From the NCBI GenBank assembly GCA_009914755.4, contig CP068257.2:31936001-32000000 (forward strand): a stretch of 64,000 bases of DNA. The letters run 5' to 3'. Position 1 is the first letter of the stretch; every line of letters starts with the position of its first letter. The notes under the pieces were generated by a model. That model made no database searches. It was not told where the DNA came from and worked only from the letters and a program-made list of their open reading frames with translations. The stretch comes from the human T2T-CHM13v2.0 reference genome, Homo sapiens. This document shows, one piece after another, positions 12,997 through 30,557 of the stretch. A program made the translations under genes and the position numbers.

Positions 12997-13107
12997 CCTG
13001 TGGACATCTCTACAGCAATGAGTGAACGGGCACTTGCTCAGAAAAGACTCAGTGAGAATGCATTTGATCTTGAAGCCATGAGCATGTTAAATAGAGCTCA
13101 GGAAAGG
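12997..13107 (+). CDS. SON: SON exon 7 (PVDISTAMSERALAQKRLSENAFDLEAMSMLNRAQER)
   Basis: Acceptor ttcttAG|CCT. Donor AGG|GTATGT at 13108. 111 nt = 37 codons. Confidence 0.9.
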
Positions 13108-13475
13108 GTATGTAGCAGTTTTTTAAAAAAAATTATTATTTACCATCAGCCAACTCACACCAATGTACCAGTTTTAATGTCTAAATAAGAATTTTGCTAA
13201 CTAGATGGTTGAGTTGTAACATCCTTTACCTTATTTTCAATGTCTTATTTTAAATGAAAGTGATTCGAGGCCTGATCATTTATTCAATAAATGTTTATTG
13301 TTTACTATGTGGCAGGAACTGTTTCTTGAGAGAACAAAATAGAAAAATTTCCCTGTCCTCACAGAGTTTACAATCTGGTGTATAAAAACAACTAAGTGCC
13401 TACAACCCTATGAAATGTGTAGGTATTAATAGTTGCCATATTTCAGCCGAGAAAACTGAAGTAAAGGGTGGTTAA

Positions 13476-13760
<285 letters not shown>

Positions 13761-14049
13761 AAGAGTGATTAAGTGATATCCATAGTCACACAACTAATTA
13801 GTGGGGGAACTGGGATTCAAACCCAAGCAATCTGAATCTGGAGTCTGTGCTTTTAACAATGGACAGCCTCTCCATTTCATTTCTACTGTTTTATGGTAAA
13901 TCAGTAAGTACATGTTCAGACAGGAAATACATTGCTGACAGTGCAAGGTGTTTAGTAAATCTAATTTGTGTGAATGACAGCTGATCTTTATCACAACAAA
14001 TGTTGGTGACTGAAAAAAAGTATACAAGCTTCTTTAAAAAGTTGTTTTA

Positions 14050-14360
<311 letters not shown>

Positions 14361-14810
14361 TCAAGTGGACAGTTTCCTACATTTAAACTCTTTAAACCTG
14401 TGTCATGAATTTAGTCTGTATAAATGTCTCAAAGGAAGTAATTAAGAATCCAGGCTGTCATGACATGTATTACAATACATTTGTATGAGATAGGAAGGGA
14501 GGGTGGGGACCCATTGTCATATGAGCTCTTTTTTGCATTTTTAGTGTATCTGTGTGATAGTTTGAAGAATATTAACAGCTGTATTTTTTAGTAGCTGTGC
14601 TTTTAGATACATTTCAAAATCTTATTAATGGGATTCACTAAATGTTGTCAAACTGCTTCTTTAGAAAGTTTAGGCAAACATTTAATGTTAAATATGTTTT
14701 AAAAGTTAAATATTTAAGTCTGCTTTTCAGCCATTTTTAGTGAATTATTACCAGTGATGTTTTAATCAGGTAATTTTACTTAGTTAACTGAGACTACTTC
14801 TTTTCTTCAG

Positions 14811-14927
14811 ATTGATGCCTGGGCTCAGCTGAACTCTATTCCTGGCCAGTTCACAGGAAGTACAGGAGTACAGGTTTTGACACAAGAACAGTTGGCCAAT
14901 ACTGGTGCCCAAGCCTGGATTAAAAAG
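14811..14927 (+). CDS. SON: SON exon 8 (IDAWAQLNSIPGQFTGSTGVQVLTQEQLANTGAQAWIKK)
   Basis: Acceptor ttttcttcAG|ATT. Donor AAG|GTACAC at 14928. 117 nt = 39 codons. Confidence 0.9.
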
Positions 14928-15273
14928 GTACACAGTATATGCACATATGAAAGTGTCGAACAAAAAGTTTAAATTTTTTGGAAACTGTTTATTAAAACTG
15001 CATGAAAAGACCAGTGACTCTAACCAAAGTTCCAAGTAAATTTGCTATGTGTATATGCTCCAGGGCGGACACTGAAGACGGACTGGATTCATGAGAAAAT
15101 GGCAAATGTATAAATGTGGCTCAAGAGCCACTAACTTATAAGGTTATTTTAAAAATTGTTACTGCTGCTTTTGAAGGGGTGATTTAACTTTATTTTGAAC
15201 GCTAATAGTGTATCAGGTGCTGTTCAGAATATTCCACAGTTCCTGCTGGACTACTAACCTAATCATTTCAAAG

Positions 15274-15699
15274 CAGTGGTTCTCAAATTTTTCTTCATCA
15301 TGGGATACTTTATTACAGGTTTATTTTTAGTGGATCACTGCCCCCAAGAGCCCTCTACCACCTTAATTTTCCATTCCTCTATTCCTTTGCCCTCGCACCC
15401 CACCCGCTTCATTAGTGCCTGTGCCTTCTTGTAAGATCTCTTGGCCCCCGTTCCTCACTCCTCTTGTGACCTGTAGCCCCAGGACCTTTTGGTTGTCAGC
15501 TGCTGGTTACAGCAAGTGGTTGGGAGGCCCTAGTATTAGCTCTGCATGTGGTGATCTTGCCATGGGACTGGAAGCCTGAGGGAGGATGGCTGGAGTGGGG
15601 TGGGCTGTGGTGAAGGGGATGGGATGGAGATTAATCTGTGGACCACCATTTAGGCCCTAGTGGCCTCTGGTGATCCACAGGCTCAATTTGAGAACCACT
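15274..15699. mobile_element. hAT-like non-autonomous DNA transposon (MITE) with CAGTGGTTCTCAAATT terminal inverted repeats
   Basis: The left end is CAGTGGTTCTCAAATT and the right end AATTTGAGAACCACT. CpG-depleted (3 CpG in 426 bp). The flanks are atttcaa-like. Confidence 0.65.
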
Positions 15700-18010
15700 A
15701 ATTTCATGACAAAACAGATATGTAAGACCTAAAATCAAGGGAGAGAATGGACGCCTCGTGCTACGAAGATGTAGGTGCATCTGGTTTCAGATTCTGCAGT
15801 GAGACCTGTGAACTCCACCTACGGCTGCCTCATCATTGGGGGAGTCTTAGGTGGCTAAGAAGGGCATTCTGAAGAAACGCGTTGTGGTGAAGGGACAAAG
15901 CTTGGTTGGATGGGTGATGGGAAATTTGTTACAGGAGTACTGGCAGCATAGCAGTGCTGAAACTGGGAGGCCGCGTGGTCTAATGGATTGGGAAGGTTTC
16001 TTTATCCTGTTGTACTCCTGACTCCTTGTGTAATCATGGGCAAGTAACTCTTTGGAATTTCAAAGTCTCTGAGGTGTCTAGTGGTAATCAGTAACGTGAT
16101 GGTTACCTATAGAGAGTTGCTATGAGTGCCAGTGAATGAGCTGAATTTCTGAAAAATGAGACATTGGTTGCTTTGTGTATTTTAATCTTGTAACATTTAT
16201 TTCAATTTTGATAGCTTTATCTTTGTTGATCTTACTAACAAATTAATATGAAACATCATGTATACTCATTATGCCTGCCTTTTTTTGGGAAGTAGTTGCA
16301 CTGATGTGTATAGTGAGTACACAGTTAGATTCATTAAGAAATTACAATTTCTGCAGTTTGCTGAGGGTTGGTGTTAGAATAAAGGGTGAAAATGTATATA
16401 GCAAAATATTTTAAAGATTGGATTAATCTTGGACTTCTATATTATAGTTACTATGAAAGTGATTTATATAATATTTGAAAAAATGTCTTTCATCTTTGGA
16501 AGAACTATAAATGTACATCTATTTCTTTAGTTTTAATTCTTTAATACTATTTAGTCTTGAAGCTAAGTACTCAGCCAGTATTTCAGGAAGTTAGAAATAA
16601 AGCTTATGGGTGTTAAAATAGGCACATAATACAGAGTCATGTACACTGCTAGGTAGAAACTTCTGAATGTGCTTCCATTACAAAATTTTGGTCTTTATCT
16701 AATGATGTGCTGATCCATAATGTTTGTATACTTATAAATGTGTTAATAACTTAAATAACTTTTAAAAAGTGAATCTTTTACTGACTCAATTGGTTTTCCC
16801 CTAAAATAATTTCTTCTGGTATTTGCAGTCTTGTAGGCAGTTAACAGACTTTAATAACTTTAAAATGTTTAGTAGCACCTTGAAAAAAGGCTTCAACTTT
16901 ATATTTTATGTAAGATATACTTTGGGAAGCAAATTATTTTGATAAATTATGAGATAAAGATATGTTCAGACCAAATTTTAAATTATAGATAAAAGTAGCA
17001 CTTAAAGGAAAAGATTCATTTGTATAGAATTACTGAAGAATATTTGATGCTAGTATCAACTAAAAAAGAAACTTTTGAAAATTAAAAATGGGCCACAACA
17101 TGTAGAAGTCATTAGGCAGCTGAAAATTTAGGATGTATGATCCATGTTAAATATCACAAATATTGTCTACTCATTAAATGTTTAGTTGTGTTTAGAAAAC
17201 CTGTCAAACGATCATTTTGGCTCTTCTTTAGTATAGTCCAGCATCTGCCTTATGTGTTAAAAAACACATGGAATACCAACATCCTCCGTGTTCTTTTTAG
17301 TTTGTTGCAGTGTATTTTTAGATTACAAAAAAAGCAAAGTTTTATCAGTAGTCTCATTAATCAGTAAAACATTTAAAGTAGTTCGTTTAAAAGAAATTTT
17401 ATTTCTAGAATGGAATGATTTGGATGTGACCTGATAAATACAGTTTGTTATTGTGGTCTCATTAAATTAATCAGCTTTTTCACACTGGGGTAAAGAAACA
17501 GATGATGATACTAGGGAATGGAAACAAAATTGGAAACCTGGGTTATTTGGGGATTTATATTGTACTCTGCACAGTTGCCCTTTTTTTTAGGCGTGTTCCC
17601 TGGAAAAGAGGGACGGATGAACCTGGAAGTAAGTAAAAGACATTCTAGGTGTGTAGCATCAAGGCAGTTAATATCCAAGCATCAGCTTTCTCTTTATACA
17701 TCTACACTGCATGGCCTGCACCAAATAAGGAACTGAACCAGGGGTATGTTTTTACCTCCACAGCTGCCTCCTTCCATCAGAGCACCTTGATGAACTTAAT
17801 GTCTAGTCACACGTCATTGGCATGTTTTCTCCCCAGCATTTAATTACAAAGCTGGGAAACAAAAGATGATAGATACAGTTTTACTACTGCATACAAACAT
17901 TTCTTTTTTACATTCAGTATTAACTTATCAATATAGGAGATGTGCATACTATTTCCTGAGCTACTGAAGTTTTTTTACTCTCTCTGTTGATAAGTTAATG
18001 ACTTTTGCTA

Positions 18011-18050
18011 TATTATATATTTATATATATATATATATATATTTGGTAAG
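18011..18050. repeat. (TA)n simple repeat
   Basis: tatatatttatatatatatatatatatatatt. Confidence 0.9.
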
Positions 18051-19145
18051 AGAACATAAAAACCTAAAATTTAGTAACAAGGGGAAAATAAAGCATGATT
18101 TGGAGATATGTTTCAAATTTTTAAAAAATGACCATAAAGATCAACAGTACAACTTAATACTGTTTGCTATATGTACATGGATGCCCTTTAATAAGAGGCA
18201 TTGAATATTTCTTAACCTGTAAAAATAACTGTTGACCATGCTAATGTATATATACTTGTGCATCTTAGGACATTAAGTGGTTTGCTGCTTTGATGGAAAT
18301 TATGGTTCAGTGGGTTGGATACAAGAGAGATGACTGTTCACAGAATAACCTGTGAACTTTCACCCCTCTGTATGGAAACTTGTTTCAGGGCCAAATCCTT
18401 GTAGCTGTCTTCTTGCCCCGGTCAGTGCCAGCCGTACTATTCACAACACTGCTGCTACCGAGGCCTAGGTATGTAAACATTTAAGGAGTTTTTTAAAAGT
18501 CTTTTAACATCAAGCTAGGTTTTAAAAGAATTCAAATTCATTTTGGCATACTTACAGGATATTTTATGTGATTGTTTTCTATTTGTTACTGTGTAAATTT
18601 CAAGAGTTTTTTTTTTTTTTTCTGCTTTAGGGATTTTCTAAGTAAAATATTTATACTTGCTTTATAGTAGAATGGGGAAGAAAACTTTGGATGACAACAG
18701 TATGCTTCTTCAGTGTCTAAACTATTTCTAAGTGATTTCTGGGCTTTATTCATAAACTAGGTACACCTGGGACAATTAATATCATTGATTGTTTTAACAT
18801 TGCCTTCTTTTTATTTTGCAAGCTAAGAAGAGATACCAGTGAACCTAAATAGTGGACGAAAACAGGAGTGTTCTAATTTTTTTTTTTTGAGGGGGGCACG
18901 AGGGCTACTGTTTCAAAACTGCCATTTACTTGTCTTATTTGACTTCCAAAATACTATTACGTTAATGTGCAAATAATCAGAACATACACACTACAGTATG
19001 TATAAAGTATAGAGGAATTTACATTTAATTGCTATAACAGATCTAGAAGTAAAGTAAGATTCCTCTTTTTAGAAAGTAAACAATGAATCTGTCACCAAGT
19101 TCTAACTGTAAAATGGGGACATTTTACCTTTCTTTCTTTGGATAG

Positions 19146-19293
19146 GATCAGTTCTTAAGAGCAGCCCCGGTAACTGGAGGAATGGGAGCCGTTTTGATGA
19201 GAAAAATGGGCTGGAGAGAAGGAGAAGGATTAGGAAAAAACAAAGAAGGCAACAAGGAACCCATCCTAGTTGATTTTAAGACAGACCGAAAAG
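19146..19293 (+). CDS. SON: SON exon 9, G-patch domain (DQFLRAAPVTGGMGAVLMRKMGWREGEGLGKNKEGNKEPILVDFKTDRK+G)
   Basis: Acceptor ggatAG|GAT. Donor AAAAG|GTAACA at 19294. 148 nt = 49 codons + 1. The glycine-rich G-patch motif is recognisable. Confidence 0.9.
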
Positions 19294-20880
19294 GTAACAA
19301 GTTCTTTTTTGGAATGTTTATTAACGTCTCCTTTAACATTACCTTTAATATATCCTTTTGAACCCAGTGATACTGAACTGAAGGCACTTCTTGTATATAT
19401 ACAGGTATTTGTCAGAAAAAACATTAACCCCTTTTGGGGTTCACAGAGCAGCTTATTTTTATATAACTATGGATAGAGACACCAGTTTGAACTTTTAAAA
19501 GGCACCTTTTGTTATGCTAGTTGCTAAATATGGAAATGTGTATATATCTAATTTTATTATTACACCTCCAAATTCAACTGGATTTCATGTTTAGAAAACA
19601 GGATTTCCATTTTATTTTCTCTTGACAAGGAACCATCCTTTTTTCTAGAGTTTAGTTTATTTTTTGTTAGATATTTTAGCACATCTTCATTATTTCCTAT
19701 TACAATACTGTTTAGTCTAGATTTCATAAACCCTGTTTGCTTTTTTCTTCCAAGCTCAGTAGTTAAGTTGGGTTAGAGTATAGTAGACCAGCTGCTGACA
19801 ATAATGTTACTTCTTCCTGTTGCCTTGTGTTAAGGCATCTTGGAACTGTTAGCATTGACTGTATTTTCCTTTTACCTTCAGATACCTGGGCAGGGCAGCA
19901 CTGTGTCTTCTATGTAGCTTGTATGTAGTTGCTAAGTATTTAATCATTCCCACAGATGATAGCTAATTGGCGTCTTTTAAATAACTTCTTCCCTTGGAAT
20001 AATGTAAGTGGAATCATGAGAGGCTTGCCAGCTCAGTATGATTTTTGTATAGCTTGTTTAAACCTCATTTATAAAAGCTGACAAATGTAAAACTGGGATT
20101 TATTTTCATCTTTGTAATCAAACAGTAAGTTGAAGCTAACTTCAATAGTTAAACTGTCTTAATGAATTTGGAAATGAACTAGCTCTGCACCAAATACTTT
20201 GATGTTAAGTATTGTACAATTTCAGGAAGCATTGTCCTTGGAATTGTGGGACATGGCCTGACTGTAAGCTCTCAGAGAACCACAGATTTCCCAGGATAGG
20301 TTTAGAAAAGCTTATATTAGCATGGAATTATTTAGCAAAGGTTGAAAAATTTCCTGTAACATACAGGATGAGCATCCCACATCTGGAAACCTGAAATGCT
20401 TTAAAACAGAAAACTTTTTGAATACTGATATGATGCTCAAAGGAAATACTCATTGGTGCATTTTGGATTTCAGCCTCTTCAGATTTGGGATGCTTGACCG
20501 CTAAATACAATGCAAATATTTGAAAACCTGGAATCAACCAACACACTTCTGGTCCCAAGCATTTTGGATAAGGAATACTCAACCTGTATATGAATTGGGA
20601 AAGCAGTGTTTGGGTTTAGCAATGTAGCTAATCCCCTTTGTAATAAGTCTATGGAGAGAGAGGTTATGTAGAAAGGTTATGTTCATATTTTGAGAACATC
20701 TCCCATTTGTTAGGAAGGGAGAGGAGAGTTTGCTAGGAAAAAAGGGACCTATTTTATTTGGAGACAACCGTTTTCACCTTTTTGGTGGCTTAAAATCCTA
20801 ACCTTTTTTGGAAGAGTCTTAACTGAAGCTTATTTTTTTAAGAGACAGTAAATCTGCAGAAATCACTTGGCAATAAGCTA

Positions 20881-21172
20881 TTTTTTTTCTTTTTTTGAGA
20901 TGGAGTTTTGCTCGTTGCCCAGGCTGTCAGTGGCACGATCTTTACTCACTGCAACCTTCGCTTCCAGGTTCAAGCGATTCTCCTGCCCCAGCCTCCCGAG
21001 TAGCTGGGATTACAGGCGCGCACCACCACGCCCGGCTAATTTTTGTTTCTTTAGTAGAGACGGGGTTTCACCATGTTGGCCAGGCTGGTCTCAGACTCTT
21101 GACCTCAGGAGATCCACCCGCCTCGGCCTCCCAAAGTGCTGGGATTACAGGCATGAGCCACTGTGCCTGGCC
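20881..21172 (-). mobile_element. Alu
   Basis: Poly-T start, ...GGATTACAGGCATGAGCCACTGTGCCTGGCC end. Confidence 0.88.
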
Positions 21173-21432
21173 ATACTTAACTTTTTGTTTTCTGTTTACA
21201 TTTGGTATTTATTACAATTTCTCATACCAAGATCTATGAATATTAAATATAAATTTATATGCTGAAAAACAGTAAAAGAGAAGAAAGAGAAGATTGATAG
21301 AGAAATCGAGTGTACTAGGAATCTGCTGATTTTATTTGAAGGCATACATTTTGAGGTTCAGACTCCTACAGAGGGATCTTTGTTTTAAAGTGGTGCTTTG
21401 AAATTTATTTAGTGAACAATTTTTTTTTAAAG

Positions 21433-21504
21433 GTCTTGTTGCAGTAGGAGAAAGAGCACAAAAGAGGTCTGGGAACTTCTCTGCTGCAATGAAAGATCTG
21501 TCAG
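21433..21504 (+). CDS. SON: SON exon 10 (LVAVGERAQKRSGNFSAAMKDLS)
   Basis: Acceptor ttttttttaaAG|GT. Donor TCAG|GTGAGA at 21505. 72 nt = 2+23 codons+1, phase-consistent. Confidence 0.88.
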
Positions 21505-21614
21505 GTGAGAGCACGTTTTTGAATTTCCTCTTACCCTAATCCCACCTTGAATTCATTATTTGTTGCAGAAGTTGGTGGAAATAATTTAAAACTGGGTATT
21601 TCTCCCCCCTGCAG

Positions 21615-21730
21615 GCAAACATCCTGTGTCTGCTTTGATGGAGATCTGTAATAAAAGAAGGTGGCAACCACCTGAATTTCTATTGGTCCATGATAGTGGC
21701 CCTGATCATCGCAAACATTTTCTCTTTAGG
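21615..21730 (+). CDS. SON: SON exon 11 (KHPVSALMEICNKRRWQPPEFLLVHDSGPDHRKHFLFR)
   Basis: Acceptor cccctgcAG|GC. Donor AGG|GTAAAT at 21731. 116 nt = 2+38 codons. Confidence 0.88.
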
Positions 21731-22182
21731 GTAAATATGAATTTCTGCATTAATTATATATATTTATTAATGTGATGACTTAGAGGGTGAGGGGTAAACA
21801 TGATCACAGGATTAAGATTCTGTTCATGGGTGGGGGGTTTGTATTTGTAGTTAAGTGGTGGGGTTTTTAAACACTGAAGGGTGCTTTAATACGACTTGTC
21901 AATGTCCTATTTTTTAAAAAATTGGAAAAGGGTAAAATATAGTATACAATTGTTATTTTCTAGTTGAATGTGGGGAATTAATTTAATACTTTTGTCAGTC
22001 TTTTTCTCAATTTGGAGACCTGCTCTTAATTTGCAGTCCCTTTTCCCAAATGATTTGGTTCTTCTGGGTTGAGATTATAATTTGACTTACATAGTATGGG
22101 TTTTATATTTTTGTAAATTATTTTTCTAGCATTTAGTGAAAAAATACAAAGCTAATAGATATTAAAGTTTGATGCTGTTCTT

Positions 22183-22288
22183 ATTGTATGTTTTTCTTGA
22201 ATAGGTATTGAGAAATGGAAGCCCTTACCAGCCCAATTGTATGTTTTTCTTGAATAGGTATTGATAAATGGAAGCGCTTACCAGCCCA
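22183..22288 (+). repeat. SON: 53-bp tandem duplication (2 copies, 51/53 identical) spanning the 3' splice site and first 31 nt of the SON terminal coding exon
   Basis: Copy 1 is 22183-22235 (..cttgaatagGTATTGAGAAATGGAAGCCCTTACCAGCCCAA). Copy 2 is 22236-22288 (..cttgaatagGTATTGATAAATGGAAGCGCTTACCAGCCCAG). Confidence 0.9.
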
Positions 22289-22416
22289 GCTTTGCCAGCC
22301 CTAATAAGAAGCATGCTAAAGCCACAGCAGCTACTGTGGTTCTTCAAGCAATGGGCCTTGTACCAAAGGACCTCATGGCTAATGCCACTTGCTTCAGGAG
22401 TGCCTCACGTAGATAG
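22258..22416 (+). CDS. SON: SON terminal coding exon (VLINGSAYQPSFASPNKKHAKATAATVVLQAMGLVPKDLMANATCFRSASRR*), dsRBD-like C-terminus. The 3'UTR follows.
   Basis: Acceptor cttgaatAG|GTA at 22256-22257. This is the second of two duplicated acceptors. 159 nt = 52 codons + TAG at 22414-22416. Confidence 0.88.
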   Translation, partial: VLINGSAYQPSFASPNKKHAKATAATVVLQAMGLVPKDLMANATCFRSASRR

Positions 22417-23148
22417 ATTGAGGTTTTATAATAATCATTTCAGAATTTTACTCTGCATCACAATGTATTTCCTCTTTAATGTTGTAAATATTTGGCAATT
22501 TAAGACATTGTGTAAAAAGCAATCTGTAAAAACATCTCCAGGCTTTGATTTTTGTACCATGGAAATTGTATTTAACCATACAGGGTTTTGGTATGTTTAT
22601 ATTGTTTACCTTAGTGATGTATTTGTTTAAGTGGCTAACATCCAAACGACTGTTTGAAGGCATCAGAGTAATCTTCAGTGTGGAATGTTAAATAACGCTT
22701 TTATACTGTATTTTGTACTATGATGTAACTCCCCTTCCTTATGGCTAGGCTACTGTAACACTTGCCTGTAATCAGTGAAGGGCTGTGCACCTTGTACTAT
22801 TTCACAATGGGTTCTGCTGGACAGATAATGGGCCAGTGTTATTGAGGTGATCAAGATCTGTTCCACAGGGCTAATGCCACCATCTCCCCTCAAAATTTTG
22901 TAGAGGTTCTAAAAAGAAAGTGGTATGTTGTGTGATGATCAGCACTAAGTCCTGCATTCCTGTTAAAGCCACTTGGGTCATAAGAAGGGAGTAAAAAATG
23001 AAGTCTGACTAGAATTCTATTGCAGAGGCCAAGTACATTTAGTATGGCATTGAGTTGTGATATAGTTTTACTTTGATGTGCATTTTGAATTTCAGCTACA
23101 CCTAGATAGACGTAAAATGATAATTAAAATGCTGTAACCAACTTATCT

Positions 23149-23154
23149 AATAAA
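23149..23154 (+). terminator. SON: Candidate SON polyadenylation signal, AATAAA. An alternative lies at 23317-23322.
   Basis: AATAAA hexamers at about 0.73 kb and 0.9 kb downstream of the SON stop codon. Confidence 0.4.
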
Positions 23155-23444
23155 ATTGGCAACCAGCCACTATTTTGTTGACTATGAGAAAGTTAAAAGT
23201 TTATGTTAATTTTTAGGGTCTGATAGAATATTTCATGTGTATTACAGTGGTATTCATATGCTATGTCTCTAAACTTTATTTTCAAAAGCTTAAGGCCCAA
23301 ATACAAACTTCTCTGGAATAAACGTGGTGTTTTATTTTCTGGGTTATAAAGTGAACAAATACTTAGATACTATTATTTCTTTACCCAATGCTTTTGATTT
23401 TTAAGCACTTTTATTTTAAAAATGTGAATTATACAGTCCCCCCC

Positions 23445-23446
<2 letters not shown>

Positions 23447-23495
<49 letters not shown>
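23447..23495. repeat. (CA)n microsatellite
   Basis: acacacacac... about 22 units. Confidence 0.95.
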
Positions 23496-23497
<2 letters not shown>

Positions 23498-23712
23498 CTA
23501 TAAGCACATTAAATACTACTTTGCCGTGACAGCTCAGTGTACTTCACAATTCTTAACACTATTCTATGTGGAATACAAAATGCCTTTTTATCTGAATTAA
23601 CATGCATTTAAAAAGTTTTAGTATATGTGAAAATAAAGGAATTATAAATCAGTAGGAAAGATATTAAGGTAGAAGCATCACCAATCAACTAGCTCAGTAG
23701 ATGTTGTCTGTA

Positions 23713-23718
23713 TTTATT
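23713..23718 (-). terminator. DONSON: Candidate DONSON polyadenylation signal. It reads AATAAA on the minus strand and TTTATT on the plus strand. Other minus-strand AATAAA hexamers are at 23275-23280 and 23332-23337.
   Basis: Hexamer about 0.4 kb downstream of the DONSON stop on the minus strand. The alternatives lie further 3' and would overlap the SON 3'UTR region. Confidence 0.35.
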
Positions 23719-24099
23719 TTCTACCTTTATGAAACAAGAACCTGCTAACAGGTAAATCGTAAAGTAACATATTTTTGCCCTGATGCCATTAGTCACAATG
23801 CCATGGGGTAACTGCTATGTGATTTCCCATTTGCAAGGAAGCATATTAATTCAGTTTCTGCTCAATATACAATTAGGTTGTAGGGATATAGATATCTCAT
23901 TTGAGTTATCTGAGTTTTTCATCTTTATATCTAAAAATCTAATCTGAAAATAGTAAAACACATTTAAAACCTTAGATGCTACTGTAGTAAAAGTTATGTT
24001 TATAAACATTTCAGTATATTCCTTCAACTTCAAGAATCTTGAATTTCCTTGCTAGAAGGCTTTTTTCCTCAAAGATTCCTTTTAGGCTTACTTTGGTGT

Positions 24100-24258
<159 letters not shown>

Positions 24259-24637
24259 TCAGTAAAAAGCACATTAGTCTTTAAACACAGAAGAGTTAAA
24301 TAATTACTATGGAGACTGACAAATAAATGGCTGATTAATGTGATTCATCCTATTAATAGAAGTTGATGCTAAGAATTTTTGTAGTGACAAAATCCCAAAA
24401 TATTAATGGTTATAAGTCTAGCCAACTGAGATGCATGAGACAATTTTAAAGGTCTTAATTCTAACTCTAAAAACCTTAAGTATGTTCAAAATTAAAGGCA
24501 AATATGGTTAAATACCCACAGTGAATTGTTTCCTTAAACTATAAAGGAATCAGGTACTATTGAGTTTTGGATGCAAGAGGAAATGAAAAAGCTGCCCCTT
24601 TTTGGAATGGGAAGTTCTTCAGTCACTGTTAAAACTA

Positions 24638-24943
<306 letters not shown>

Positions 24944-25126
24944 TTGTACTTGGACTGAATTCATGAAAGCTACCTCACATAAACAACTTACAGACATTAT
25001 TCCTTCCTCTAGTAATTCATAATTAAGTAACAGTTTAATTACTTGAAACACAATAGTGACTCAGCATAAATGACTCAATTTCCCTCCAGCTAGTTTGAGG
25101 AAACTACAACTAAAACAGTCTGCTCA

Positions 25127-25423
<297 letters not shown>

Positions 25424-25682
25424 TCAATATATTTCCATTTGGGGTTTCCTCTCTTTTAACAATTATGGAATAAAACTATTTCCCAAGACATCTAAACAAT
25501 GTTATGTGAGTACAAATACTTAGTAAATTTTCAGCAACCTTTCCATATTAAGAGATTTTCAGGTGAAGTATATTCCAGAGAATACCATTTTTTCATATAG
25601 TATTTTATCTGATTTAGTAATACACTGTCAATGCAGACTATTGGAAAAACAAAAATTTAAAATCCATTCAATTTTATTGCTA

Positions 25683-26057
<375 letters not shown>

Positions 26058-26062
26058 GCAGG

Positions 26063-26890
<828 letters not shown>

Positions 26891-27071
26891 GATTTCATAT
26901 AATTTATATATTTCCACATAATTTCTTTGATATAACTGTCTTATATAATTTTTGTTTCTTTTTTTAATGGGAGGAAAGCAAAATGAAAATATGTACCAAG
27001 TAAAAATGCTAGGAGGTTTTTTTTTAAATCAAGAATTTATCCTATCAAAGTAAAGTACTTCTTAAAAGCTA

Positions 27072-27332
<261 letters not shown>

Positions 27333-27722
27333 CTAATGTGGAAAGCAGTTATCTTGATTCTGAATCACCTGAGACTCCTTTTCTCCATAATGAAATGGAA
27401 ATCCTCTTGCTACCTCTCTTTACCGAATCATAAGGCATATGTTTCAATCAAAATGTTAACAATCTGAATTTGCTACAAACTGACACCTAAACCTAATTTC
27501 TTCTCTAGTCAAAACACACCTATTCTCCCACAATCATAATTGAACGTTTTGATTAAAAAAGGTTTAATAGTTCACCATTTGTTGATACTTAGGGGCTTAT
27601 TTAGTATTACAATGGAGAATTAGTTTTAATATGACCTGAAGATAATTTAAGATTATAATCATATAAAACTGCCAATGTTAAACTTCTCACTAACGTCATT
27701 CAATGAAAATTAATTCTAGTTA

Positions 27723-27857
<135 letters not shown>

Positions 27858-27903
27858 CTACAGTTAGAGTCCCTATTTCACAAGCTGTTCCTGTGCAAAT
27901 CTA

Positions 27904-28068
<165 letters not shown>

Positions 28069-28485
28069 TCATTTAAAGTATTTAACAGGCATGCTGTACT
28101 TTTAGAGTGTAAAAAATTTGAAATGTTAGTTTTTACAAATGATCTATTAAGGCAGTAGAGTTTTCAAGCTTTCTTCACAAACCTACAAACATGCATAAAA
28201 CGTATTCTCCTTGAAAGAGGTTCGGGAAACAACACATACATGTAACACTCTTTCATAAATCATATTGTATTCCAGTTCACTTTTTGAAAAAGTACTGATT
28301 GGGCCCATTAAGTAGATTTCATGATCCACTAATGGGTTTACTCAGTTTGAAAATTTTGTTATTAAAGGGGTAATTGGTACTATAGAAGAATTTCTAGAAG
28401 AGTATATTCAGATAGTGACTATCTGGCCCAATATGTGTTTTATTTTAGAGATCAGAGAACACTATGTGGAAGGAACAGTTTAAAT

Positions 28486-29113
<628 letters not shown>

Positions 29114-29258
29114 ATTAAATAATTGTGGGGGAGGGAAAAAAAGCCAGAAATAAAGAAATAATATATTTCTTAATGTTGCTAATCAACTGGTAAAAGGCAT
29201 TTTAAATTTAAATAGCTTTTAGGCCAAAATAGGTTTACTATATAGTATAGTATTCTCA

Positions 29259-29486
<228 letters not shown>

Positions 29487-29786
29487 TTATTAAACATTTA
29501 ATGCAATGTTTATAATTCTGAATAATTCAGTTTGATACCTGGTTTAAAACACAACACAAATATTTTAGATAATGGTTTTAATTTTTGTGGTTACGTATGA
29601 CTTAGCTTTAAAGGACTGAAATTGGTTATGAGGACTCGCTGATGACTTCTCAATACTTTAACAAATAGTGTATACCACTTAAACACTTATTTTTTCTTTA
29701 AACAAAACTTAATTGAGAATTGCCTGCTGACTTTCTCTGAGCTGCTGCTAAAAAAGGAAGCAGAGACTGACAAGAAGTAGCATTAA

Positions 29787-30133
<347 letters not shown>

Positions 30134-30377
30134 CTGCCTGTCTGTATATATTTAACCAACACTTATATACATTCTACCACAATTGGGTAAAGAATGAGTA
30201 ACAGCTAAAAAAAAAAAAAGTAAACAGTTTATATGTTGGTTATTAATAGGTTCAGATAAAATTCACAAGGATCTAGATACCCTTCTGCCATTAACGTATC
30301 CAGTCACAAATATGATAGAGAATGCTGCTAAAATAAAATTCACTATTGAATTATACAAGTTTCTCTTACTAATCTTA

Positions 30378-30557
<180 letters not shown>

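Noticed and set aside
20867-21265. Numerous 60-130 aa ORFs throughout (e.g. 20867-21265, 38912-39178, 50009-50374, 56515-56865, 62125-62451)
   Set aside because: They lie entirely within Alu elements and translate the familiar Alu-derived peptides.
22205-22257. The upstream duplicated acceptor as the true start of the last SON exon
   Set aside because: It yields VLRNGSPYQPNCMFFLNRY* and loses the conserved C-terminus. The downstream copy gives the full-length dsRBD-like tail ending ..CFRSASRR*.
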